Positions 1 through 13,173 of a stretch of DNA of 64,000 nucleotides are shown here, piece after piece. The DNA is from Octopus vulgaris. Its lineage: Eukaryota. Below the pieces are notes generated by a model that saw only the letters and a list, made by a program, of their open reading frames with translations, did no database searches and was not told where the DNA came from. Numbering within the stretch: the stretch's first letter is position 1; the number at the start of each line of letters is the position of its first letter. The stretch spans positions 57,846,001 through 57,910,000 of the forward strand of contig OX597828.1 of NCBI GenBank assembly GCA_951406725.2, given 5' to 3'. The translations under genes were made by a program, and so were the position numbers.

Positions 1-440
1 CCCTTCTATTGCTATCTCTGCCCACGTAGTCTAGATGCGTGTCCAGGGTGGCATTCCAATCCCCCACTAAAAGTAAAGGACGAGACGTTCCCATGAAAGA
101 CTCTAGACGTCGAAAGAAATCTGGTCGGCCTGTTAAGGACGGAGCATAAACTGCTATCAGTCGAAAAGCACACTCATTGCTGCCATCGACATCCAAAACG
201 ACCAGCCTACCCTCCGGGTCTAGGAAATTTGCTCTTACTTTGAGATCCAGACTCTTCCGGATAAGCACCGCTTATGTTGAAATGTGTACCGAAAATGTGC
301 TGGAGTGCCCGCAAGCTGTGGAGTCTGGTCTCACTGATGGCTATGATATTCAGATTTAGTGACTTGATGTCATTTAACAGGTAGCCTTGTTTCCAAGGCG
401 ACCCCAAACCACGTACATTTATACTGCCTATTCTGAGCAT
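1..440 (-). pseudogene. ORF2 APE endonuclease N-terminus, frameshifted near 270
   Basis: ATG at 440 gives MLRIGSINVRGLGSPWKQGYLLNDIKSLNLNIIAISETRLH. After a shift it reads AVLIRKSLDLKVRANFLDPEGRLVVLDVDGSNECAFRLIAVYAPSLTGRPDFFRRLESFMGTSRPLLLVGDWNATLD. Confidence 0.88.
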
Positions 441-578
441 GTTCCGATAAAATTGTGTTTTACACACGAAAAGAAAGTGCAAAAAAGGAAAGAGAGAGAG
501 AAAAGGTTACTTGTTGTTCGAAAGTCCTTTGTCTTTCACGTCACGGTCTTCTTCTATGAGGCTTTTGTACAGTTTTTT

Positions 579-2569
579 TTATGAATACTTTTGAAATCTC
601 CCTACTGCATCAGGGTAAAGAGATTCCAGGGTGCTGTATGTGTTCTGTGTTACGTGTATTATTTTAATGTGTTGTGGTGGTGTTGTGCGTGGGTGGTTAC
701 TTGTTTTTATGTCGTTTTCAGTTATGTTGGTGTTTGACCTAATGTGTTCCATTAGGTCGTGGTTGTTTGTGTTTATGGCTGTCAACATTGCTGGGGGTTT
801 GATGATGGTGTGTTTGTGTTGATGTGTTTGTTTTCTGTGGATGTTTTTGTTTCGGGAGTGGTGTATCTTCCTGCTTTGTTTGTTATTTTTTCTTTTCTTT
901 TTTTCCCCTTTTTCTTCTCCCCACTCTGGCTATTTGCCAATCTTCTGTGTCTTCTTCGTCTAATGACAAATCAGACGAATCAGAGCATGGAAGAGGGAAA
1001 ATATTGGGGTCTATTGTAGACTGTGTTGATTTCGTTGTTGGTGTTGGTTGGTGAGCGTTTGGTTGTGGTGTATGCGGTTTTGGAGGTGGGGTGTGGGTAT
1101 TTTGTGTTTGAGTGATTGTAGGTATTGTTGTGTTGTTTGGGGTCTCAATTTTGTGGGAATTTGGAGTTGTAATTGTTTCTTCATTTTCACTGAGTGTCTT
1201 TTTGGCAGATGTCCTTGCTTTGGGAGTTGGTTTATTCTTGGTTGTTGTTGTTGGTGATGTTGCTTCTGTTCTTGGTGCTGCAGTTGGTGTGGTTGTTTGG
1301 TTGGTGAGTTTTGTTCCTGCAAAACGTGGTGTGGGTAGTAAACCTGGTTTATTTGTTTTTTTTCCGGCTGCTGTTGTTGTTGCTGTTGTTTTCATGCGGC
1401 AGATTTGCAGTCTTTTTTAGGTGTTGCTCACTGCCGCATATGTAGCAACGTGGTCTTCTGCCATCGGCGACCACATACAACTTGTGGTCTTCTGATACAC
1501 ATATCTGGGTGGGTATTTTTTTATGTCTTCTTGATTTACGTGTAGTAGAAATTCTACTTTTTTCCCACCCAGTTTTTGTGCTCCGTGACCGTGGTTTCCA
1601 AAATAGTGAAATTTTTCATTTTTACACATAAGGCCTTTACTAGCCATAGATTATTAGATATTTTGGGGACATTGTTTAAAGTGATCTTAGTCACTTTCTG
1701 TCCCCGATAGCTTGGTGTTAATGTAAGTTCATCTGAATGAAGAGTTAGCGTTGAGAAACGTCTTGCTAACTCTTCAGTGTGGAAAACCACTTTTATGTGG
1801 GCGAACTTGTTCCACCAGGTCACATAGTCTTTGTAGTTCCAGATGGGTTTCAAGCATTTTTCTATTTTGCTTGTGTTAGCCTTCTCTGAGCTTTTTGTTT
1901 TCTTATTAATTATTTTATAAATAATTGTTCTTTTTTTTCATCTTCTAATATTTCTTCTGGTATGTTTATCTTCACTATACCATCTAATTCTGTTATTGTA
2001 ATGTTCGTGTCTTGTATTTGTTGAGCAGTAAAATATACTGTTGTTTTTTTTTCTTTAATCGCCCCAGCGAAATTTGTTGTTGTTTTGCTATTGTTGTTGC
2101 TGGTGGCGATGTTGTTGTTGGCTGCAGTTTGTAAAATTGGTGTGTTTGGTTCGATTGTGCAAGTAGGAAGGGGTGGAAAATTATTTTCATAATTTATCCC
2201 TGTATTCGAGCAGCTTTTGTCAATTTGTTTGGTGGTTACAGTTTTTTGTTTATTCACTTCAGTTCTTGTTGTTGGAGTAAAACAGGTCTGAACGGAATTG
2301 TTGTTGTTGTTATTGTTGTTTTTGTTGTTGGTGGTGGTGTCAGTGGCAGAAGAGACAGCCGAGGCAGCAGATGTCGAAATGGTGGCGCAATTTTTATTTT
2401 TGTTGTCATTGTTATTGTTGTTGCTGTTGGTAGTTGAGGTAGTGGATGAGGTGGCGGTGGTGGTGGTGGTGGTGAAGGCGGTGGTGGTAACAGTAGAAGT
2501 CTCTATGTTGTTCTTGCTAGCGGCGGTGTTGGTGACAGGGCTGTTACTACACGTAGTAGTAGCGTTCAT
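579..2569 (-). pseudogene. ORF1 (gag-like, Thr/Asn-rich, CCHC zinc knuckle), several frameshifts
   Basis: Collinear ORF pieces at 1910-2569, 1554-1853, 1417-1647, 883-1395 and 579-788. GRRPRCYICGSEQHLKK(DC) at ~1405-1465 becomes CX2CX4HX4C if one A is restored in an A-run. Confidence 0.75.
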
Positions 2570-2877
2570 TGCAAATTCATTGATAATTTTACTTTGCGCG
2601 CAAAATTCTTTTTTTTTCTCCTAGCGTTTCCAGTCTAGGAGAAAGCTGGTCGATAAAGGAACGCGACCATCGTTCTACAATACAATTTCTTGACATTTTG
2701 AAAATGTCTAGAAAGAAATTACAAAAATTAAATAGGGTTGAATTCCTCCCTTGGAAAAGCACTCAAACGAAAGTTGGGTGCCTTACACAACTTATTTACA
2801 AAAATGTACACAAAAATTGGGCTATAAATAGTCAAAATAAACGATTATCTTCGGAGTCGAAGTGACAGCACGTCCAT

Positions 2878-3458
<581 letters not shown>

Positions 3459-3717
3459 CCTTCTTTACTTCAGTCATTGTATTGAGGCCGAGTCTTATAA
3501 ATATATACCAGTTTTCTTCCACCAAATTCACTCGAGATTATGGTTTCGGTTTGTATCATGCATGACTGCATGTAAGTACGTATCTGTGAGTACGCAAATG
3601 TAGGGCAGTGTGAATGGGTGTATGTTTATCACTGTAAGTTTCTTTACAGAAAGAACATATACAATCGAGACGAAGAATTCGCTGTTTGAAGTCAAACTGT
3701 TTTGTATTCAGTTATTG

Positions 3718-3934
3718 CAGTTCTATGTTTAAGAGATGGGGAAATATGTACATTATTTACATTATTTACAATTGACGGATATTTGTCCTCGTCTTGTTTG
3801 TTGTTAACACAACGAACCCAGGTTCGAAATTTCCCCGAGACACCTGATGAAAGCTGGAGGGTATATCAGCCGAAACGTTGTGATAACAACAGCGATGAGG
3901 ACAAATATCCGTCAATTGTAAATAACGTAAATAA
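3718..3934. mobile_element. Penelope pLTR-like or retrozyme-like fragment in inverted arrangement, with HHR and TSD
   Basis: Arms ~3746-3813 and ~3876-3938 are imperfect reverse complements. Flanking duplication TGTATTCAGT[T/C]ATTG at 3703-3717 and 3935-3949. Confidence 0.7.
3839..3884 (+). ncRNA. Minimal type I hammerhead ribozyme motif
   Basis: gacac-CTGATGA-aa-gctg(gagggtatat)cagc-c-GAAAC-GTT-gtg. Palindromic stem III (ACGT); predicted cleavage after 3879. Confidence 0.7.
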
Positions 3935-3954
3935 TGTATTCAGTCATTGTTATG

Positions 3955-4006
<52 letters not shown>

Positions 4007-4050
4007 GGGTAACACTGTTTATATATTGGTTAATATCGCATAAATTAAAA

Positions 4051-4277
4051 GGCGGTGAGCTGGCAGAAACGTTAGCACGCCGGGCGAAATGCGTAGCCGT
4101 ATTTCGTCTGCCGTTACCTTCTGAGTTCAAATTCCGCCGAGGTCGATTTTGCCTTTCGTCCTTTCGGGGTCGATAAATTAAGTACCAGTTACGCACTGTT
4201 TGTCCCCTCTCTGTTTAACCCGTTGTAGGTAGTAAAGAAATAGGTATTTCGTCTGCCGTTATGTTCTGAGTTCAAAA
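4051..4277 (+). mobile_element. tRNA-derived SINE family 1, internally deleted, plus the start of a headless second unit
   Basis: Head GGCGGTGAGCTGGCAGAAACGTTAGC, B-box-like GAGTTCAAATTCC, core GCCTTTC.TCCTTTCGGGGTCGATAAATTAAGTACCAG. More than 10 copies in the window. Confidence 0.85.
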
Positions 4278-4473
4278 AATGTCCAATGATGTGCCTGGGT
4301 CGGGTGACCATCATTACATCTTTTTATTTATTAATCATACATCTACACATTCGATTTTTTCTCTTTTTGGTCTCACATGTAATATCCTGCATCGTCCACT
4401 CTGTGTTGAGCCCTGTGTGGCCAATACAAGAAATAGTACGTAAAAATATATAGAAGACAATCAGTATTACATA

Positions 4474-4900
4474 TATTTCTTTATTGCCCACAAGGGGCTA
4501 AATATAGAGGGGACAAACAAGGACAGACAAAGGGATTAAGTCGATTACATCGACCCCAGTGCGTAACTGGTACTTATTAAATCGACCCCGAACGGATGAA
4601 AGGCAAAGCCGACCTCGGCGGAATTTGAACTCAGAACGTAACGACAGACGAAATACTTATTTCTATTTCTTTATTACCCACGAGGGACTAAACACATAGG
4701 GGACAAACAAGGACAGGCAAAGGGATTAAGTCGATTACATCGACACCAGTACGTAACTGGTACTTAATTTATCGACCCCGAAAGGATGAAAGGCAAAGTC
4801 GACCTCGGCGGAATTTGAACTCAGAACGTAGCGGCAGACGAAATACCGGTAGGCATTTCGCCCGGCGTGCTAGCGTTTCTGCCAGCTCGCCGCCGCCCTT
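4474..4900 (-). mobile_element. SINE family 1 tandem dimer (full unit plus headless unit) with TSD
   Basis: TSD TCAGTATTA[C/T]ATA at 4461-4473 and 4901-4913; internal junction at ~4655. Confidence 0.85.
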
Positions 4901-5980
4901 TCAGTATTATATAGTACATCCCATATTATCACAATCATTGTCATCATCTTCATAAAAGTATAAAAGTATTATTCACTCTTTCTCAAAATTAGTTTCCGGA
5001 TTAATAAGTTTTTTAGAAACCCTTAGCTCTAGGAACACATCTAGATCAAAATAGGATGCTTCGTTTGTTGAAAATTAATATTTCTTTTTATGGATTGCAA
5101 CCTTCAAACTGCTTTTTAAGTAGTCTGAAAGGCATAGAAATATATTTCGAAAGACATTCTGATAATGATATCAATTCCGGAATGTGTCTATTGTAAGTCA
5201 AATCGTCTCTGGAAATTTTATATATAATGATTCGAAAAGCTTGCTTGATCAAAAGGAATTCGTTATCTTTTTCAGTATATCCACATACATTCCACGGTTA
5301 GTGACGAAAAGCATAACCTTGTATTTAATCACTCAAACTCAGCACGTTTCATACAAAAAGTCATCTGTCGTGGCTTGCTTTGAATCCTCAATACTGATAA
5401 TTAGCAACATATCTAATCTATTAAAACCACTTCATATATACTATATAGAGATATTCCTTATGACCTCTGAAATAAACTTTCTCCAGCAAATTATTCATGA
5501 AGTAAATCTTTGTAATAATGAAACAAAATATCTCATAAATATCAATTTTACTGTTCTTTTGAATAATAAGTTAGCTAAGAGGCGTTTTCAAATGAAGAAA
5601 CTATGTATAAATGTATGTATTTTAATTTTACCTTATCTTGAAGAAGAAACCTGTTTGTTTTGTGAGTCACAGATAATTTAGACCTTCAGAGCGAGAAGGA
5701 AACTGGGAGTTATAATTTAATGTGAATATCTCACTGATAAGAGAAGGAAGAAATCTAATTTGGCTTTGCATCTAAAGAAATACCCTTATTAAGAAAATTA
5801 AACGGCATATTTATTTTCATTAATTTATATGAGAATGTAAGATCAAAGACTACACTAACTTGTGTTACGAGCGTACTTTTCACGGTGAGGGAAAATGAAG
5901 GAACTTGTTTTAGGTGAATAGAAATAATATTAAGGATATCGCTGAAAAGAAGTAGTAGCATTAGTACATATATATATATA

Positions 5981-6018
<38 letters not shown>

Positions 6019-6049
6019 GAGAAAGAGAGGGAGGATTTTATGCATGTTT

Positions 6050-6085
<36 letters not shown>

Positions 6086-6964
6086 CATCGTCATCTACTC
6101 CACTTCGTGTCCGAGTATTTCTTTCTTTGGTGTGGTAATTAGATTTGATTGGGGGGGGGTGAACAATTTGAAATGTGGCACATTTGAAATATGACATCGA
6201 TGATTAGTGAATGAAACTATAACAGACTGACATCAATCCAGGTGTGCTTCAGTTGCACCTTCAAAGCCTTTCTGTCTGTCTGATATCAGCCTATTTTGCT
6301 ACGTCAGCAGATGAAATTATAGGGTTCGTCCCCTTGTCCTGCTGATGGAGATTTCACCTATTTTGTACATGGTATGCACCTTTAGATCCGCCCGTATCAC
6401 TAGTTATATGTTCTTCTCGTGAAGATTTTAGTTACGACAGTCTTAGTAATAAATCAAATGTTCAATTCATAAGCTGTATATAAATGACCACCTAGGACGT
6501 GAAATCCTGTGAAATTAGGAGGTTATATACAACGCGCTCCACAATGAAGGGTACCAACTACACACGACCTTATAATCCATAATGTGTGTGTATGTGTGTG
6601 TGTGTGTGTGTTAGGTTGTTTGTATCTATGTCGAATAATAATTTTACATTAAACTGAAAGATTACCGAATGCTTTTTGTAGAATACATATTTTTTATTCT
6701 TTTTCAAGAATAATGTTGACAGTGAGTTCAATGTCTCGGCCGGTTTAGCCTTCCTCGGGCATTATTGCATTTAAGTCCAACTTGGCTTTTTTTAGATTTC
6801 AAATAACATCAGCAACAATTAAACCTAGTTACACATATTGTGACTAAGTGAACTTTTACTTAACTTCATTTATTTGTAAACCATGAAATCAACCTTATGA
6901 CCTAAATCGGACATCTAAACATACTCATTTGATTACACAGTTTTACACACTACCTATCTATCAG

Positions 6965-6965
<1 letters not shown>

Positions 6966-7058
<93 letters not shown>
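6966..7058. repeat. (CT)n microsatellite at the 5' end of the CR1-like LINE
   Basis: Directly visible. Confidence 0.97.
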
Positions 7059-7059
<1 letters not shown>

Positions 7060-7080
7060 GAATCTACTGCTACTACAGCC

Positions 7081-7788
7081 AGAATAGAAAAACCACTACT
7101 ACACCTACATAAAACACCCAGCCGTTACTATTCTCAAGGCAACTGTAGATTTGGCCCCAGCGGCACCAACAACAATGGACGCTGTGCTTTTTTCCATCCT
7201 ACCTTATGTCGTAGACTTGTTAAGGGCACCTGTCCATATGGTATAACGGGAAAAAACTGCCCTCACCTCCACCCCAAATACTGTCCTAGATACAGAGTCC
7301 ATGGTCCTGATCCCAAATATGGATGCACAAAAGGCAATGAATGCACCTTTTTCCATCCTAAACTGTGCCAAACGTCTGTGTCACTATAGATGTGCCTGAA
7401 CCCAGAATGCAACCACCACCATCTGAAGGGCACAAAACGATCGCAAAATAAATATAAACAGCAACAGAGGAAATCTACGACAACAACAAGAACAAAATAC
7501 AACCACGTTTCCCCTCCTACAATCAAACAACGTAGACAGAACCATGAAAAAACCATAACACCAAATAACACCAGCATGAAATATGTATCCTCTGACCAAG
7601 TGGCAAACCAAAGATATAACTCTTTTTTACTGACTTACCTAGAAAATATGAAGGCCGACCTAAGCCAGGAGATCCAACGAGCTATCAGCAACCACCTATG
7701 TAAATCACAAGGACCACACACCCACTACCAACAAGAAAATCATACACACACAGCTCCATACAAGAACTACCCACATTGTTACCACTGA
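7081..7788 (+). pseudogene. LINE ORF1 with about four tandem CCCH-type zinc fingers, one internal stop at 7387
   Basis: Translation: SRYYSQGNCRFGPSGTNNNGRCAFFHPTLCRRLVKGTCPYGITGKNCPHLHPKYCPRYRVHGPDPKYGCTKGNECTFFHPKLCQTSVSL*MCLNPECNHHHLKGTKR. Confidence 0.8.
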
Positions 7789-7799
7789 ACAACTTAGAA

Positions 7800-10770
7800 C
7801 AATGCAAACATCAAACTTCACTTACCTCGACATTCCTATTAAATGTACGTGGCATCAACCCATCAATTATTGCCCAAAAATGGAAGATCCCATATATAGA
7901 GAGTTGGCTTGCCGAAACGGCACATTGCTTCCCTTTCTTTATCCTTACCGAGACTCACCTGAACAACACCCATATGGACGCCGAGGTGAAAATAAAAGAT
8001 TTCACCATTGTTCGTGCGGATCACACAAACCGAAATAAAGGAGGGACAGCCATCTTTATCCATGACTCCTTCTCACTTGATGCCAGGAACATATTTTCCA
8101 ATGGTTACTGTGAATCGGTATCACTATTTAGCAAGGCCAAGGACATAACCATTGTTGGTCTTTACAGGCCTCCCCAAGCACCTCTAAAGTGCTTTGAAGA
8201 GTGCCTTAGCAAAGTCAAGTCCTTCCTTTCGGAAGTACCACTCCGGAAACATACTAGTGATGGGTGATTTTAACCTCCCTCGTGTGAACTGGCCCACAAA
8301 TACTCTGAAGTTAGGCAAATGCTCTACATCAGATAGAGCAACAGCAGAACTGCTCTTTAATCTGATGGATGAATACTTCCTGACTCAGCTAGTATTCGAA
8401 CCAACAAGACAGAATAAAACGATCTTGGATCTGGTATTGACTAATCACTCTAGCTTCGTTCACAGTATTTCAGTTGAAAAAAAATCTCCTCTCAGACAAC
8501 GACATGGTACTCTGCAATTTTAATTCCCGACATATAAAAACCAAACCAGCCAATCCCACTCCATGGCACTCATTTGACAACATAAACTTCCACAAAGCGG
8601 ACTGGGGAGCAATCAGAAAGGATCTGTCTTTCATCGACTGGTCCTTTACTCTCAATTCCACCCATATTGAGACCGCATGGCAGCACTTTGAAAATATTGT
8701 CACCTATACATGCTCTAAACACGCTCCCACGAAATCTACTAAAACAAACAGAAACCGGCTCCCTAAAAAGAAAAAAACACTCATCAAGCGCATCAAAAGA
8801 CTCAACAAAAAAAATCAACCAATTAAAATATTCCCACACACAACATCCACATTCAACAACAATGAAACGGCTAGAGCTGGAAAAACTTCATCTGCTGACC
8901 GACATGAAAACCTCCATTGAAAATCAAAGAGCTGTGGAGAATCAAAAACAGTGGGTAATCAAAAACATCAGACAGAACCCAAAAGTGTTCTATTCTTATG
9001 CAAATAAGCATAGAACCACTGTCTCACCCATTGGGCCATTGATTGATGATAACGGCATTCCCCAACACGATGCTAAAGAAATGGCAGAAATACTGCAGAA
9101 ACAATACTGCTCTGTCTTTAGTGTTCCCACTGATATTGACGTTAGAGAAGCGAACGAAGTTGACTCCCAACATAAAATCTCAGACATAACCTTCACTGCC
9201 ACTGACATCGTAGCAGCAATAAATGAGGTCAAATACTACTCTGCTGTAGGCCCTGATAGATTCCCCGCTAGTCTTCTGAAGGAATGTAGACACCAACTTG
9301 CAGTCCCTCTGACCAACCTCTGGAGAAATTCGTTAGATGCAGGTTATATACCGAAACAGTTTCTATCCCAGTCGGTCATCCCGGTTTTCAAACAGGGAAA
9401 CAGATCCCTCGCAGTCAACTATCGCCGAATCTCACTCACCTCCCACATCATTAAAGTGTTTGAAAGAGTGTTAAGATCAAGGATAGCTGACTTCCTAGAG
9501 ACCCAATAACTCCTAAATGCAAATCAGCATGGCTTTCGCTGTGGCAGGGACTGTCTAACACAGCTCTTACACCACATTGAAGATGTACTCAAAGCCTTGG
9601 GAACAAGTTCGAACTCTGATGTCATATATCTTGACTTCAGTAAAGCGTTCGACAGGGTAGACCATAATATCCTACTCTCAAAATTGGCAAATGTTGGAAT
9701 CCGTGGAAAAGTTCTACACTGGATTAAGTATTTCCTGGCGAATAGAACACAACATCTTGTAATTGATGGAGTCCACTCAAGGCCAGCAAAAGTCACCAGC
9801 GGTATCCCCCAGGGGACTGTCTTGGGTCCGCTGCTCTTCATAATTTACATAAACGACCTTTCTAGTGTCGTACATTACTCCAAAGTGAAAATATTTGCTG
9901 ATGACACTAAGCTCCAGCAAATCGTCAATGAAGAAGCAGACCGAACTCAACTTCAGTCTGATCTATATGCTGTGAGTCAATGGGCAGACAGAAACAAAAT
10001 GCAACTGAACGAGGGAAAATTTGAGCTGGTGCATTTTGGAAGAAATTCCTCACTAAAACAGCCATACTCTCTTCCTTCAGGGGAACCGCTCACAGCCTCT
10101 AACAATATCAGAGACCTGGGTGTAATTGTTGATTACGATCTCAGTTGGAGTGTACACATCAACAAGAAGGTCGATATAGCTCGTAGGATGAGTTCCTGGA
10201 TCTTAAGAACTTTCCGGTCCAGAGAACAAGGTGTCATCATACCACTTTTCTCCTCCTTTGTACGGCCATACCTCGAATACTGCTGCCCACTGTGGTCTCC
10301 CCATACAAGACAAAACATTTCGAGGATTGAGTCACCCCAGAGGGCACTCACTAAACGAATTGAAGGCATGGCTGCTCTCGATTATTGGGATCGCCTTAAA
10401 GCCTTGAAACTCTACTCTCTCCAGCGTCGCCGTGAGCGGTACATCATTTGTACGATGTGGAAAATATACCGCCAACTTTGCCCAAACGACCTGAACATTA
10501 GCTTCAAGGTTCATCCAAGACTGGTTCATACGTCCCCTGTCCAATTCCAGATCACAGCATACATGTACACTGCAACATAATTTCTTTTCCTCAACAGGTC
10601 CTGCCCTATTTAACATTGTCCCGAAAGAAATCAAAGAGGAAAAGGATCCCATCAACTTTAAACGGAGTCTGGATAGATTCCTTCAAAGAATACCAGATAA
10701 GCCACCCATAATTGGATAACACTCACCCAACAAAAACTCACTACTTGAATGGACCATAAACAAAACTTGA
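7800..10770 (+). pseudogene. LINE ORF2 (APE endonuclease plus reverse transcriptase), disrupted
   Basis: ORF pieces 7776-8267, 8194-8523, 8474-8920, 8667-9509 and 9597-10580, with NVRG, LTETHL, YRPP, GDFN, LDLV, QHGF and FADD motifs. Frameshifts near 8235, 8480, 8810 and 10530; stop at 9507. Confidence 0.92.
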
Positions 10771-10885
10771 CTTAAACAGGATTCGAATAATCCAATCAGG
10801 TGGTGCTATTAAGTTAGACATGACCTGGACCAATCTTTGGTCGAAACATATCTAAGTTTATCTAAATTTATACATATATATATAT

Positions 10886-10942
<57 letters not shown>

Positions 10943-11094
10943 CATACAGAGAGAGGGGTATCTTTATGCATGTTATATGGTTTGTAACCTATATATTATT
11001 GGACTAGTTGCAAACTGTAGAATGCATAATACCAGCAACTCCTTTCTTCTCTTAGTATACACACACACATACACACGCATACATACACACACGC

Positions 11095-11202
<108 letters not shown>

Positions 11203-11381
11203 TATCAGCCTCCTCGCATGCTTTCGAATCAAAAAATTGGCTTCTAAGAACAGCTTGCAATAATGCACCTAATTTCTGTTGGTTGAAGTAAAAATTTTGG
11301 AAAGGAAGTTGATTACCTTTTACAGTATGAGTAATCCTGGATCTGTGAACTTATTTGATTGCATCTAGATGGATGTTGCCT

Positions 11382-11847
11382 ATGTCATCAAAGGCCAACT
11401 AAGATGGAGCGGCCACGTGGTTAGAATGACTGACGAACGACTTTCCAAACAGATCTTCTACTCCCAACTCAAAGACGGCAAGCGTACAAAAGGAGGCCAG
11501 AAGAAACGCTACAAGGACTCCCTGAAATCGAACCTCAAAAAGTGTGACATTAACTTCACCAACTGGGAGGAAACGGCAAAAAACAGACCACTCTGGAAAA
11601 CCACCATCCAAGAGGGAACGGCGAATTTCGAGTCGAAAAGGTCTGCAGAGCTGGAGGAGAAAAGACGACGACGGAAGGAGCGCCAACAACAACCACGTGC
11701 GATTCTCCCTTCCGGCACTAGATGTCCGCACTGTGACCGATCTTTTCGAGCAAGAATTGGTCTTATCAGTCACCTGCGGACTCACCAATAAATTTGCGCG
11801 AAGACCATCATCCTCGACCTTGAGGTATTGCCATAGTAGTAGTAGTA
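11382..11847 (+). mobile_element. RTE-clade (BovB-like) LINE, 5'-truncated 3' end
   Basis: QLRWSGHVVRM..GGQKKRYKD..CPHCDRSFRARIGLISHLRTH, (AGT)n tail, and a perfect 11-bp TSD GGATGTTGCCT at 11371-11381 and 11848-11858. Confidence 0.92.
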
Positions 11848-12745
11848 GGATGTTGCCTTATCGAAACATCTCATTTCATATCTTCTGTATATTTTATGTT
11901 CTGAACATTTTTTTCATAATGGGTTCTACATAAAATCAGATTGCATTCACACTTGCACATTACCTTCTTTAAGAACTGTCTCGAAAAAATAACTTTTCGC
12001 TTTCGTTTTCTTTTCTCTGTAGTTGTTGTTGATTTTCCTTTTGATTTTTATTGTGGGTGGGGGTTGCTTACTTACTATAACATATGCATCGCTAGTGTAG
12101 CTTCCTTCGAGGCAAGAGAGGTTGAACCAGTTAGAAAAAGTTCTATTTATTTTAATTTGCAGCATTTAAGCAACATCGTCATTGGTTATAAATCAATATT
12201 AATCAATTACCTACCATCTTCCCAACATAGCTACAGCCTTGTGTTAATTTGATAAATCAATACTGAAATAATTTTGCTGTTTCCTACACAAAATAACAGG
12301 CAATATCTGTGAAATGTCATTTGAAAAATATCTGGTTTTGAGAATTTTAGAATCAATACTATACCGAATGAATCCCTTAGAATTTTCTCAGTTGTCTAGA
12401 TTCCTGTCATAAAGCTTACGATTCCGGAATAAATAAAGCTGAAAAACTTCCGATTAATCTGTTATTATGTTGACAGATTTGATTTTCGTTCTTTCGTTGA
12501 TAGCAAAGCCGCGGCTTCATCCGTGGCGCAAGACATATATTATATATTATATAAATATCAGCGGAGTAAACTATATATAATGTTATCAATTCCTATAGAG
12601 GCTTCCAAAGAATATAACCACAAACACGCTGCTAATGTCGAATATAAAGGTGAAACCTGTTGAAATTTTGTCAAATGCTTCTACATGAAAATAGGGATCA
12701 CATCTCTTTGGATATGGTCTTGCTATGGATACGAAAGAGAAATTT

Positions 12746-13173
12746 CGGATCTTTTCGGTTTGAACGGCAGTTTTTAACATAATTTCTAGGTAACTAAAAA
12801 AATTTAAACTTCGTATACTGGTAGAATGTGTTTATAAAACATCTTTTTCTCTTGGCTTTTTGAGAAAATTCTATAGTTTGTAAGATATTTGTTGTTTTTT
12901 TCTTCAATTTCTGCAATTTCAACCAATCAAATACGTCTATTAAGGTAAAAAAAACATTCTGTGCCGTATGAATATGTCCCTCGTTTAAGAAACAGATTGG
13001 GTTTATTTACATTTGTGAAGAAAAAAAGATACCTTCCCCCCACCCCTAACCCTAACTAACACTAACCCTAAAACAGATTGAAATGCAATAGATCGATACT
13101 AGGGTCATAATTATGGGTGACAATTTCATATAGCACCGTTAGAAAAAACTGCCGTTCAAACCGAAAAGATCCG
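12746..13173. mobile_element. MITE / non-autonomous DNA transposon
   Basis: Perfect ~30-bp TIRs CGGATCTTTTCGGTTTGAACGGCAGTTTTT; internal CCCTAA-like repeats; partial second copy at 54373. Confidence 0.85.

Larger units (their letters stand above)
1..2880 (-). mobile_element. L1/Tx1-clade non-LTR retrotransposon, 5' part (5'UTR, ORF1, start of ORF2); continues beyond the window start
   Basis: Minus strand carries a broken ORF1 with a CCHC knuckle, followed by an APE endonuclease (SINVRGL, ISETRL, VYAP, GDWN). The 5' end abuts a (CT)n tract on the element strand. Confidence 0.85.
7059..10870 (+). mobile_element. CR1-like LINE, 5'-truncated within ORF1
   Basis: CCCH ORF1, APE plus RT ORF2 (YLDFSKAFDRVDH, SGIPQGTVLGPLLFIIYIND, IFADDTKL), 3'UTR hairpin GACCAA-tct-TTGGTC and a short TATCTAA[G/A]TT tandem tail. 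Confidence 0.92.

Noticed and set aside
5184-5681. 165-aa ORF
   Set aside because: AT-rich, non-ATG start, no recognisable domain or splice context.
10795-10860. Hairpin followed by GAAAC at the CR1 3' end, resembling an HHR half
   Set aside because: No CUGANGA box; better explained as the LINE 3' recognition stem-loop.
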